From an uncultured Actinomycetota bacterium (lineage in GTDB: Bacteria > Actinomycetota > Actinomycetes > Propionibacteriales > Nocardioidaceae): 64,000 bases of DNA. The stretch covers positions 656,812 through 720,811 of the forward strand of contig OY969884.1 of assembly GCA_963704295.1 (NCBI GenBank), written 5' to 3'. The translations under genes were made by a program, and so were the position numbers. Below, piece by piece: positions 9,486 through 20,433 of the stretch (positions are counted from its first letter, which is position 1; the number at the start of each line of letters is the position of its first letter). The notes under the pieces are model-generated. The model ran no database searches. It was not told the origin of the DNA and worked only from the letters and a program-made list of their open reading frames with translations.

Positions 9486-9592
9486 GCCACCGCGCCACGT
9501 ACCCGGCGGTGCGACACGCCGGGTTTGCCTGTGCCGCGGCTCTGCGACACGGTGGAGGTGACCGAGCACGCGATCAGTGACGGAGGAGCGAC

Positions 9593-9889
9593 ATGCTCAC
9601 CCTGACCGAGAACGCCAGCACAGTTGTCAAGACGATCACCGACCAGACCACCTCCGGAGACGACGCCGGACTGCGGATCAGCCAGGACGCGGCGGACGCG
9701 ACCGCGCTCGCGGTCACCCCGGCCGACAGCCCACAGCCGGGCGACCAGGTGCTGGAGGACACCGGGGCCCGGGTGTTCCTCGACCCGCCGGCCGCCGAGA
9801 CCCTCGACGACAAGGTGCTCGACGCCGCCGTCGACGAGGGCGGGGCCGTGCAGTTCAGCATCGCGCCCCAGGCCCCCGGGCAGACCTGA
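9593..9889 (+). CDS. HesB/IscA-like small protein lacking the cluster-binding cysteines
   Basis: 98 aa. [34 protein letters not shown] follows the IscA/HesB beta pattern, but there is no Cys anywhere in the protein. A good RBS GGAGGAG lies 5 nt upstream. Confidence 0.55.
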   Translation: MLTLTENASTVVKTITDQTTSGDDAGLRISQDAADATALAVTPADSPQPGDQVLEDTGARVFLDPPAAETLDDKVLDAAVDEGGAVQFSIAPQAPGQT

Positions 9890-9926
9890 GCCTGCCGGCC
9901 GCGAGCCCGGGCGTCAGCCGGCTGAC

Positions 9927-10784
9927 ATGAGCCATCGGCACACCGAAGACATCGACTGGGCCGAGCGGATCGAGGATCTCGACCGCTCGGCCTCGGTCGG
10001 CGCGGTCCGCAACCGAGCGATCGCCACCTGGCTGGAAGCAGCCGACGGGGCACGGGTCGCCGACGTCGGCTGCGGCGCCGGCGCGATGACGGCGCTGCTC
10101 GCGGAGGCGGTCGGTCGCGACGGGCAGGTGGTCGCGTTCGACAGCGAGCCGACGCTGCTCGCGGCCACCGCGACTCGGTGCGAGTCCGCCGGGGTGGCCG
10201 GTCGCGTCACCACCACCCAGCACGACCTGACCGCGGGGCCGCCCCCGGCAGCGAACCTCGACCTGGTGTGGGCCGCCGGGGTGGTGCACCACCTGCCAGA
10301 CCAGCAGGCCGCGGTCGACATGCTGGCGCGGATGCTCGCACCGGGCGGCCGGCTCGCCCTCGCCGAGGGCGGACTGTCCACCCGATACCTCCCCTGGGAC
10401 CTCGGCGCCGGCCCGCCGGGCCTGGAGGAGCGGCTCGCCGCCGCCGAGGCGGACTGGTTCTGCGCCATGCGGGACGACATGGACGGTGCCCGCCCGACGC
10501 CGTACGGGTGGCCGTCGGCGCTGCGTCGGGCCGGGCTCGGGGACGTGTCGGCCCGCAGCTTCCTGCTCGACCGCCCGGCCCCGCTCGACCCGGAAGACCT
10601 GACCTACGTCCTCGCGTCGTTGGCCGCCCGGATCGACCACGTGGGCGACCGGCTCACCGAGCGCGACCGCGCCGCCTGGCGGCGGTTGCTCGACCCCGAC
10701 GACGAGCAGCATCTGGGCCGGCGAGCGGACCTGTACCTGCTGTCGGCCCTCACCGTCCACGTCGGCACGGCCCCCGCCACATAG
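9927..10784 (+). CDS. class I SAM-dependent methyltransferase
   Basis: The start is the internal ATG 9927 of ORF 9624..10784. Motif I is VADVGCGAGAMT, followed by VVAFD and LAPGGRLAL. Confidence 0.75.
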   Translation: MSHRHTEDIDWAERIEDLDRSASVGAVRNRAIATWLEAADGARVADVGCGAGAMTALLAEAVGRDGQVVAFDSEPTLLAATATRCESAGVAGRVTTTQHDLTAGPPPAANLDLVWAAGVVHHLPDQQAAVDMLARMLAPGGRLALAEGGLSTRYLPWDLGAGPPGLEERLAAAEADWFCAMRDDMDGARPTPYGWPSALRRAGLGDVSARSFLLDRPAPLDPEDLTYVLASLAARIDHVGDRLTERDRAAWRRLLDPDDEQHLGRRADLYLLSALTVHVGTAPAT

Positions 10785-10798
10785 TCGGCACGACCCCG

Positions 10799-10860
10799 CC
10801 ACAACAGTCCACGATCCGCGACTTTTGCATGCAAAAGTCGCGGATCGTGGACCGTTGTGG
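10799..10860. repeat. 62-bp near-perfect palindrome (repeat family 2, core CCACGATCCGCGACTTTTGCA)
   Basis: CCACAACAGTCCACGATCCGCGACTTTTGCA|TGCAAAAGTCGCGGATCGTGGACCGTTGTGG has one mismatch in its 31-nt arms. It fills the gap between the convergent methyltransferase and leuA genes. Confidence 0.9.
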
Positions 10861-10863
10861 GGG

Positions 10864-13796
<2,933 letters not shown>

Positions 13797-13847
13797 GGCC
13801 GGCGCCCTACACTCGGCGGGCTCCTGCCGCCGTCGAGAGGTCCTGCC

Positions 13848-14789
13848 GTGCGCCCGTCCCCCGGCACCGGTTCGGGTATCAGCAGCCGGCTCGCGGTGCT
13901 GATCGCGGTGCTGATCGCGGTGCTGCTGGCGGTGTCCGGCTGCACCGGACCGTCGACCGCACCGGTCGCGGACGGCGACCGCGCCACGCCGGGCTCGACC
14001 GGGACGCCTCCCTCCACGACGCCCAGCACGCCGACGGAACCGAGCGAGGAGACCAGCGGCGCAGCCACTCCGCCGGTCGAGCCGTCGGTCCCGCGGCCCG
14101 CGGTCGGAGACTGTCGCGACCTGACGTGGGGGGACACCGGACGCGCGGTCACCGACGCCGCCGCCGATCCGGTGGCCTGCGGCGAGGCGACCGGCCAGAC
14201 CTTCGCGGTCGGCCAGCTCGAGGCCGACTGGGTGACCGCGGCCGGCTCGGTCGACGTGGACGCGGTGTCCCGCGCGACCGCGCCGGACTGCCGTTCGGCG
14301 CTGATCGGCTGGCTCGGCGGCAACGAGGCGGACTACGAGCTGAGCATGATGGCGTACGTCGTCGCCGTACCACCTGCCGCAGACGTCGCCGCCGGAGCCC
14401 GCTGGTACCGCTGCGACACCTTCGGCACCGTCCGCCCCGGCCGGCTGGCCGAGCTGCCCCGCACGACGCAGCGACTGCTCACCGGCAGCGGCGCGGACGC
14501 GTGGGCGGTGTGCGTCGACGGTCCGCTCGGTGTCGACCAGGAGCAGGTGCTGTGCCGCCGGCCGCACGACTGGCGGGGCATCTCCGCGCACCGGCTGGGC
14601 GCGAAGGGCGACGACTACCCCGGTGACCAGACCGTCCTCGGCCGGGCCCGCGGGCTGTGCGAGGCCGACGTCCGAGCGGAGGTCGACGACCCGCTGAAGA
14701 GCTTCGACTACGGCTGGCTGCGACCGACGCGGTCCACCTGGGCCGGCGGCCAGCGGTTCGTCCTCTGCTTCGCCGAGACGCGCGCCTGA
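13848..14789 (+). CDS. secreted lipoprotein with Pro/Thr-rich linker and Cys-containing globular domain (septum-formation-family-like)
   Basis: The signal peptide carries an LAVSGC lipobox and is followed by the low-complexity linker PSTTPSTPTEPSEE. The C-terminal domain has conserved Cys pairs. Its family assignment is from memory only. Confidence 0.6.
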   Translation: MRPSPGTGSGISSRLAVLIAVLIAVLLAVSGCTGPSTAPVADGDRATPGSTGTPPSTTPSTPTEPSEETSGAATPPVEPSVPRPAVGDCRDLTWGDTGRAVTDAAADPVACGEATGQTFAVGQLEADWVTAAGSVDVDAVSRATAPDCRSALIGWLGGNEADYELSMMAYVVAVPPAADVAAGARWYRCDTFGTVRPGRLAELPRTTQRLLTGSGADAWAVCVDGPLGVDQEQVLCRRPHDWRGISAHRLGAKGDDYPGDQTVLGRARGLCEADVRAEVDDPLKSFDYGWLRPTRSTWAGGQRFVLCFAETRA

Positions 14790-14825
14790 CCCGGCACGGT
14801 GCGACGGGGGGCAGACGGGGCGGGC

Positions 14826-15782
14826 TCAGAAGCCGAGCCGGCGCAGCTGCCGCGGGTTGCGCTGCCAGTCCTTGGCCACCTTGACGTGCAGGTCGAGGTA
14901 GACCGGCGTCCCGAGGATGCGCTCGATCTGTACCCGGGATCGGCTGCCGATCTCCTTCAACCGCGCCCCCCGGTGGCCGATCACGATCGGCTTCTGGCTG
15001 TCCCGCTCGACGAAGACGTGGGCGCGTACGTCGAGCAGCGGCCGGTCCGGGTCCCGGTCCTCGCGCAACCCCATCTCCTCGACCACGACGGCGATCGAGT
15101 GCGGCAGCTCGTCCCGGACCCCCTCGAGCGCCGCCTCGCGGATCAGCTCGGCCACGAGCGTCTCCTCCGGCTCATCGGTCAAGTCGCCCTCGGGGTACAG
15201 CGCCGGCCCGGGCGGCAGCCGGCGGGCGAGCAGGTCCGCGAGCAGGCCGACGTTGTCACCGGACATGGCGGAGACGGGCACGACCTCGTCCCACTCCACC
15301 CCCGCCTGCTCGCCGAGCGCAGCGATGGCGGTCAGCTGCTCGGCGATCCGGTCCGGGCGAACCAGGTCGGTCTTGGTCGCGATGGCGAACACCGGGCGGC
15401 GGCGCAGCCTGGCCACCTCGCCGACGAGGTACCGGTCTCCCGGGCCGACCCGCTGGTCACAGGGCAGGCAGACCCCGATGACGTCGACCTCGGCCCAGGT
15501 GCTCCGGACCAGGTCGTTGAGCCGTTCACCGAGCAACGTACGGGGCCGGTGCAGGCCCGGCGTGTCCACGACGATGAGCTGGCTGTCCGGGCGATGCACC
15601 AGGCCGCGCACCGCGTGCCGGGTGGTCTGGGGGCGGGACGAGGTGATGGCGACCTTCGCGCCGACCAGCGCGTTGGTCAGCGTGGACTTGCCGGCGTTCG
15701 GCCGCCCGACGAAGCAGGCGAACCCGCTGCGGAACCCGCTGCGGAACCCGCCTCCGTCCGGCCCCGACGGTTCGGCGGTCAC
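14826..15782 (-). CDS. era: GTPase Era
   Basis: The G1 motif is GRPNAGKST, followed by DTPG and a KH domain ending in VKVAKDWQRNPRQLRRLGF. GTG 15782 overlaps the upstream stop (GTGA). Confidence 0.93.
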   Translation of the reverse strand: MTAEPSGPDGGGFRSGFRSGFACFVGRPNAGKSTLTNALVGAKVAITSSRPQTTRHAVRGLVHRPDSQLIVVDTPGLHRPRTLLGERLNDLVRSTWAEVDVIGVCLPCDQRVGPGDRYLVGEVARLRRRPVFAIATKTDLVRPDRIAEQLTAIAALGEQAGVEWDEVVPVSAMSGDNVGLLADLLARRLPPGPALYPEGDLTDEPEETLVAELIREAALEGVRDELPHSIAVVVEEMGLREDRDPDRPLLDVRAHVFVERDSQKPIVIGHRGARLKEIGSRSRVQIERILGTPVYLDLHVKVAKDWQRNPRQLRRLGF

Positions 15783-16123
15783 GTCGTCACCCGGGCGGTC
15801 GGTCGACCGTCGGCGGCACCCGCCCACACCGGCACGCCCGCCCCGGCCAGCGCGGTCACCACAGCCAGGTCGTCGGGCGCCACGGCGTCGTCGTCACCGA
15901 CCACCGCGGCAGCCTCCAGCCCGCGGGCGCCGGACGAGGCAGCCATCGCCGTCGCCAGCGCCAGCGCGGACAGCCGCAACCGGCCCAGGTCGACGGCCGC
16001 GGCGGCGTAGGTACGCCCGTCGAGGTCGCGGACGGCGGCGCCCTGCGCGCTGCCGCTACGGGTGCGGCTGCTCCGGGCCAGCACCAGCAGCTTGCGGTCC
16101 TCGGGGTCCTGCGGCTCGTCCAC
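15779..16123 (-). CDS. small conserved protein of the era operon (cytidine-deaminase-like fold, no intact zinc motif seen)
   Basis: 114-aa ORF between the CBS-domain protein and era. A similar small gene occupies this position in other actinobacteria, from memory. GC3 is high. Confidence 0.5.
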   Translation of the reverse strand: MDEPQDPEDRKLLVLARSSRTRSGSAQGAAVRDLDGRTYAAAAVDLGRLRLSALALATAMAASSGARGLEAAAVVGDDDAVAPDDLAVVTALAGAGVPVWAGAADGRPTARVTT

Positions 16124-16143
16124 CGGTCACCACCGCCGCTGGG

Positions 16144-17589
16144 TCACGGGTTGGCCCGCGTCATCTGGTCCGCCGGGGCCTCCTCGGCGGCATCGTCGTC
16201 GGAGCCGCTGCTGCCCGCCGCCCGCCTCCCGTCGACGCCGTCCGACGGCTCGTCGGCCCCGGTGGTGTGGTCACCGACGCGCCCGGCGCTCTCTTCCCCG
16301 GCCTCCCCGGCCTCCAGCCGTTGCACGAGCACCGCGCCGATCCGGTTCCGTCGCCCGACCGGTGCCTGCGCCTCGAGCCGCAGGCCCTCGATCTCGACCA
16401 CGCTGCCGGCGATCGGGACTCGGCCGAGGTGCTTGGCCAGCAACCCGCCGACCGAGTCGACGTCCTCGTCGTCCACCGGCACCCCGAACAGGTCACCGAG
16501 GTCGTCGATGGGGAACCGCGCGCTCACCCGGACCACGCCGTTGGCGAGCCGCTCCACGGCGTCCGGCTCCACGTCGTACTCGTCGGTGATCTCGCCGACG
16601 ATCTCCTCGAGGATGTCCTCGATCGTCACCATGCCGGCGGTGCCGCCGTACTCGTCCACGACGACCGCGACGTGCATCCGCTGGGTCTGCATCTCCCGCA
16701 GCAGCCCGTCCACCGGCTTCGAGTCAGGGACGAACAGGCACGTGCGCATCACCTTCTCGACCCGCTCGGTCGACTCGGCGTCGTGGTTGTCGAAGACGCG
16801 CCGGACCGCGTCCTTGAGATAGGCCATGCCGACGACGTCGTCGAGGTTCTCCCCCACCACCGGGATCCGGCTGTAGCCGGAGCGCAGGGCGAGCGACATC
16901 GTCTGACGAAGAGTCTTGGTCCGCTCGATCACCACCATGTCGGTCCGCGGGACCATCACCTCGCGGACCAGGGTGTCGCCGAGCTCGAAGACCGAGTGGA
17001 TCATCTTGCGCTCGCCGGACTCGATCAGCGCGCTCTGCTCGGCGAGGTCGACCATCTCGCGCAGCTCGGCCTCGGACGCGAACGGTCCCTCGGCGAACCC
17101 CTTGCCCGGGGTCAGCGCGTTCCCGGCCAGGATCAGCACCCGAGCGATCGGGCCGAGCACCCGGGTGGTGGCGACCGCGGGTCCGGCCGCCCACAGCGCC
17201 ACCCGCTCCGCGTGCTGGCGGCCGAGGGTGCGTGGCGCCACCCCGATCACCACGTACGAGACCACGACCATGACCCCGGCCGCGATCAGGATGCGCTTGA
17301 CCCAGGAGTCGAATGCGTCGGCGATCACCAGCGCGACCAGGACGACGGCGGTGGTCTCCAGGACCATGCGCAGCAGCAGCACCGAGTTGAGGTAGCGGGG
17401 CGGGTCCTCCGCGACCGTCAGCAGCCGCTGCGCGCCGCGCCGCTCCTCCCGCGCCAGCTCGGCGGCGCGCGCCTTGGAGAACGACGACAGCGCGGCCTCG
17501 GCGCTGGCCAGCAGACCCGCCAGGACGACGAGCCCGCCGGCGATGCCGAGCAGCCAGGCATCCACCTGCCAGGCTTGGCCTCCGCTCAT
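16144..17589 (-). CDS. CNNM/CorC-type transporter-associated protein (DUF21 membrane domain + CBS pair + CorC_HlyC)
   Basis: 481 aa from ATG 17589, which overlaps the ybeY stop (ATGA). It has N-terminal TM helices, the CBS region VREVMVPRTDMVVI..IPVVGENLDDVVGM and HVAVVVDEYGGTAGMVTIEDILEEIVGEI. Confidence 0.88.
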   Translation of the reverse strand: MSGGQAWQVDAWLLGIAGGLVVLAGLLASAEAALSSFSKARAAELAREERRGAQRLLTVAEDPPRYLNSVLLLRMVLETTAVVLVALVIADAFDSWVKRILIAAGVMVVVSYVVIGVAPRTLGRQHAERVALWAAGPAVATTRVLGPIARVLILAGNALTPGKGFAEGPFASEAELREMVDLAEQSALIESGERKMIHSVFELGDTLVREVMVPRTDMVVIERTKTLRQTMSLALRSGYSRIPVVGENLDDVVGMAYLKDAVRRVFDNHDAESTERVEKVMRTCLFVPDSKPVDGLLREMQTQRMHVAVVVDEYGGTAGMVTIEDILEEIVGEITDEYDVEPDAVERLANGVVRVSARFPIDDLGDLFGVPVDDEDVDSVGGLLAKHLGRVPIAGSVVEIEGLRLEAQAPVGRRNRIGAVLVQRLEAGEAGEESAGRVGDHTTGADEPSDGVDGRRAAGSSGSDDDAAEEAPADQMTRANP

Positions 17590-18083
17590 CGCGGTGGCGT
17601 CTCGTCGGCGAGCGGCTGGCCCTCGCGCACGCCCTGCCACTCGGCGAGCAGCCGCGCCTGGAGGGCGAACATCTCCCGGTGCTCGTCGGGCTCGGCGTGG
17701 TCGTAGCCCAGCAGGTGCAGAATGCCGTGCACGGTGAGCAGGCCGGTCTCGTCGGCCACCGAGTGGCCGTGCTCGCCCGCCTGGCGGGCGGCCACCGTCG
17801 GGCACAGCGCGAGGTCGCCGAGGTAGCCGTCCGGCAGGTCCTCGACGGCACCGTCGGCGTGCCCCGGGGTCAGCTCGTCCATCGGAAAGGCGAGCACGTC
17901 GGTCGGTCCAGTGGCGTCCATCCACTGCTCGTTGAGCCGGCTGATCGTCTCCTCGTCCACCAACCGCAGGCACATCTCGATGCGCGGGTGCAGCCGCATC
18001 CGGTCCAGCACGAAGCGGGACAGCCGGGCCAGCTCGGCGACGTCGACGTCGGTGCCGGACTCGTCGAGCACCTCGACGCTCAT
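17586..18083 (-). CDS. ybeY: rRNA maturation endoribonuclease YbeY
   Basis: 165 aa with the zinc motif HGILHLLGYDH. The start ATG overlaps the phoH stop (ATGA). Confidence 0.92.
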   Translation of the reverse strand: MSVEVLDESGTDVDVAELARLSRFVLDRMRLHPRIEMCLRLVDEETISRLNEQWMDATGPTDVLAFPMDELTPGHADGAVEDLPDGYLGDLALCPTVAARQAGEHGHSVADETGLLTVHGILHLLGYDHAEPDEHREMFALQARLLAEWQGVREGQPLADETPPR

Positions 18084-19168
18084 CGCTGCCCCGGTCCGCG
18101 AGAGGTGCCGGGCGAGCCACTTCCGCCTCCGGGCGACCCCTTGCCCCCGTCGCCGAAGGCACTGTGCTGCGAGTCGCCGAAGGCGATCCGGCGCTGTTCC
18201 TCGTAGCTGTCGTAGGCGGCGACGATCCGACCGACCAGCTTGTGTCGCACCACGTCGTGCGCACCCAGCAGGGAGAAGTGCACGTCGCGGACATCGTCGA
18301 GGATGTCGCGGACGATCCGCAGGCCGGACCGGGTGCCGTCGGGCAGGTCCACCTGTGTGACGTCGCCGGTGACGACCATCCGAGAGCCGAAGCCGAGTCG
18401 GGTGAGGAACATCTTCATCTGCTCTGGCGAGGTGTTCTGTGCCTCGTCCAGGATGATGAAGGCGTCGTTGAGGGTGCGCCCGCGCATGTACGCCAGCGGG
18501 GCGACCTCGATGGTCCCGGCGGTGAGCAGCTTCGGGATCGTCTCCGGGTCGAGCATGTCGTGCAGCGCGTCGTACAACGGCCGGAGGTACGGGTCGATCT
18601 TCTCGCTCAGCGTCCCGGGCAGGAAGCCGAGCCGCTCGCCGGCCTCGACCGCCGGCCGGGTCAGGATGATCCGGTTGACCTCCTTGGCCTGCAGCGCCTG
18701 GACCGCCTTGGCCATCGCGAGGTAGGTCTTGCCGGTGCCGGCCGGGCCGATCCCGAACACGATCGTGTGCTTGTCGATGGCGTCGACGTAGCGCTTCTGG
18801 TTCAGGGTCTTGGGGCGGATCGTACGGCCGCGGTTGGACAGGATGTTCAGGCTCAGCACGTCGGCCGGCCGCTCCTGCGTCTCGGTGCGCAGCATCGAGA
18901 TGGTCCGCTCGACCAGCTCCGCGGTCAGTCCCTGGCCGGTACGGATGAGCGTGACCATCTCGTCGAGCAGCCGCTCCACGAGCGCTGCCTCGGCGGGCTC
19001 CCCGGCGATCGTCACCGTGTTCCCGCGGGAGTGGATGTCGGCGGCGAACTCGCGCTCGACGATGCGGAGGAACTCGTCCCGTGGGCCGAGCAGCGACACC
19101 ATCGGGATGCTGGACGGCACGATCACCGTGTGCTGGTGCACCGTGGTCTCGGTCGGATTCTCGGACAT
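18080..19168 (-). CDS. phoH: PhoH-like ATPase (YbeZ)
   Basis: 362-aa ORF with Walker A GPAGTGKTYLAMA and LTRPAVEAGERLGFLPG. It has a Gly/Ser-rich C-terminal extension. Confidence 0.92.
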   Translation of the reverse strand: MSENPTETTVHQHTVIVPSSIPMVSLLGPRDEFLRIVEREFAADIHSRGNTVTIAGEPAEAALVERLLDEMVTLIRTGQGLTAELVERTISMLRTETQERPADVLSLNILSNRGRTIRPKTLNQKRYVDAIDKHTIVFGIGPAGTGKTYLAMAKAVQALQAKEVNRIILTRPAVEAGERLGFLPGTLSEKIDPYLRPLYDALHDMLDPETIPKLLTAGTIEVAPLAYMRGRTLNDAFIILDEAQNTSPEQMKMFLTRLGFGSRMVVTGDVTQVDLPDGTRSGLRIVRDILDDVRDVHFSLLGAHDVVRHKLVGRIVAAYDSYEEQRRIAFGDSQHSAFGDGGKGSPGGGSGSPGTSRGPGQR

Positions 19169-19301
19169 CGGCGCCCCCGGTGGGGCCGTCCTCCTGTGGC
19201 TCGGCGACGTACGGACCGCTCCATGCTACGGGCTGTCGCCCCGCTTCCGCTCCTTCGTTCCCACCCGCACAGCCCCCGCCCAGCCCCCGCCCACGCCGCC
19301 G

Positions 19302-19384
19302 CCCTCCCGCCCACGATCCGCGACTTCTGCAGGGCGGGATCCCCGCTTGACGCTGCAAAACTCGCGGATCGTGGGCGGGAGGGG
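19302..19384. repeat. 83-bp inverted repeat, second member of repeat family 2
   Basis: The arms are CCCTCCCGCCCACGATCCGCGACTTCTGCAG and CTGCAAAACTCGCGGATCGTGGGCGGGAGGGG, separated by a 20-nt loop. It shares the core CCACGATCCGCGACTTYTGCA with 10799..10860. Confidence 0.8.
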
Positions 19385-19395
19385 TCAGCGGGGGG

Positions 19396-19755
19396 TCAGC
19401 CGGGGGGCCAGCCCAGCTCCCGGCCGCCCAGCACGTGCGCATGGCAGTGGAAGACGGTCTGGTGCGCCCGCGAGCCGGTGTTGAGGACGACCCGGTAGCC
19501 GTCGCCGAGCCCCTCGGCGAGGGCGATGTCGGCGACCGCTCGGCTGATCGCCACCACGTCGTCGGGGTCGGCCTCGACCAGCGAGGCGAGATCGGGGGCG
19601 TGTCGCCGCGGGATCACCAGCACATGCGTGGGCGCCTGCGGGTTGACGTCCCGAAACGCCACCGTGCGGTCGGACTCGTGCACCACATCGGCAGGCACCG
19701 CACCGCTGACGATCTTGCAGAACAGGCAGTCCGGGTCCGGTTGGTCGTCGGGCAT
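19396..19755 (-). CDS. HIT-family nucleotide hydrolase/transferase
   Basis: 119 aa from ATG 19755, with a GGAG RBS. It contains CLFCKIV and the histidine triad HCHAHVLGG. Confidence 0.88.
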   Translation of the reverse strand: MPDDQPDPDCLFCKIVSGAVPADVVHESDRTVAFRDVNPQAPTHVLVIPRRHAPDLASLVEADPDDVVAISRAVADIALAEGLGDGYRVVLNTGSRAHQTVFHCHAHVLGGRELGWPPG

Positions 19756-19801
19756 GGGCGCTCCTGCCTCGAATCGGGCGCTGCGGCGGGTCGACCGCGG
19801 T

Positions 19802-19830
19802 GTCAACCGGTGTGGCGCCTCGCGCGTCGT
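19802..19830 (+). promoter_or_regulatory. possible ECF-type promoter (GTCAACC-N16-CGTCGT)
   Basis: An AAC-containing -35 and a CGT-containing -10 with ECF-like spacing lie about 15 nt upstream of the sigma factor ATG. This is sequence resemblance only. Confidence 0.25.
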
Positions 19831-19845
19831 ATCAGCGTGACGGCA

Positions 19846-20433
19846 ATGTACTCGGAGGCCGGGGCCCTGCCCGGCCCGGCGGCGGACCGGACCGGTCCCC
19901 GAGAGGTGGTGCCGGCGGTGCGCACCGGGTCGGACGCGAGCGCCACCGCCGACGAGGCGGTGGAGGCGCTGTACGCCGCGCACTGGACCTCCCTGGTCCG
20001 CCTCGCCGCCCTGCTGCTGCGCGACACCCGCGCCGCCGAGGACGTCACCCAGGACGCGTTCGTCGCAATGCACGGGCGCTGGGACCGGCTCCGGGAGCCG
20101 GACCGCGCCCTCGCCTACCTGCGGCGCAGCGTGGTCAACGGCTGCCGCAGCCGGCAGCGCCGTTCGGCGGTGGCCGCCCGCCATCGGCCGGAGCCCCCCG
20201 GTGACGCCGCGAGCGCCGAGTCGGCGGTGCTGGCGACCGAGCGCCGACAGACGGTGCTGGCAGCCGTGAGCCGGCTCCCCCGCCGGCAGCGCGAGGTGCT
20301 CGTGCTGCGGCACTGGCTCGACCTGTCCGAGGCCGACATCGCCGCGACCCTCGGGATCTCGCGCGGGTCGGTCAAGTCCCACTCCTCGCGCGGTCTCGAC
20401 AACCTGCGCAAGACCCTGGAGCACGACGCATGA
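19846..20433 (+). CDS. ECF (sigma-70 family group 4) RNA polymerase sigma factor
   Basis: 195 aa from ATG 19846. Region 2 is EDVTQDAFVAMHGRWDRL and region 4 is LSEADIAATLGISRGSVKSHSSRGL. Confidence 0.85.
   Translation: MYSEAGALPGPAADRTGPREVVPAVRTGSDASATADEAVEALYAAHWTSLVRLAALLLRDTRAAEDVTQDAFVAMHGRWDRLREPDRALAYLRRSVVNGCRSRQRRSAVAARHRPEPPGDAASAESAVLATERRQTVLAAVSRLPRRQREVLVLRHWLDLSEADIAATLGISRGSVKSHSSRGLDNLRKTLEHDA

Noticed and set aside
7026-9569. 847-aa minus-strand ORF reported as a single reading frame
   Set aside because: Only the last 242 codons are RecO. The upstream part is an Arg/Gly/Pro-rich read-through, out of frame over the alpha/beta hydrolase gene (same strand) and antisense to the GNAT gene. 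The same applies to 1928..3619, 1557..2528, 25352..27304, 46820..48211, 47458..48402, 17586..19442 and 16144..18294, where only the 3' portions are the real genes.
14917-17706. 929-aa plus-strand ORF, and the similar 14799..16010 ORF
   Set aside because: Both are antisense to era, the small era-operon protein and the CBS-domain gene. They have low-complexity Ser/Arg/Pro composition, while the minus-strand genes carry clear GTPase and CBS motifs.
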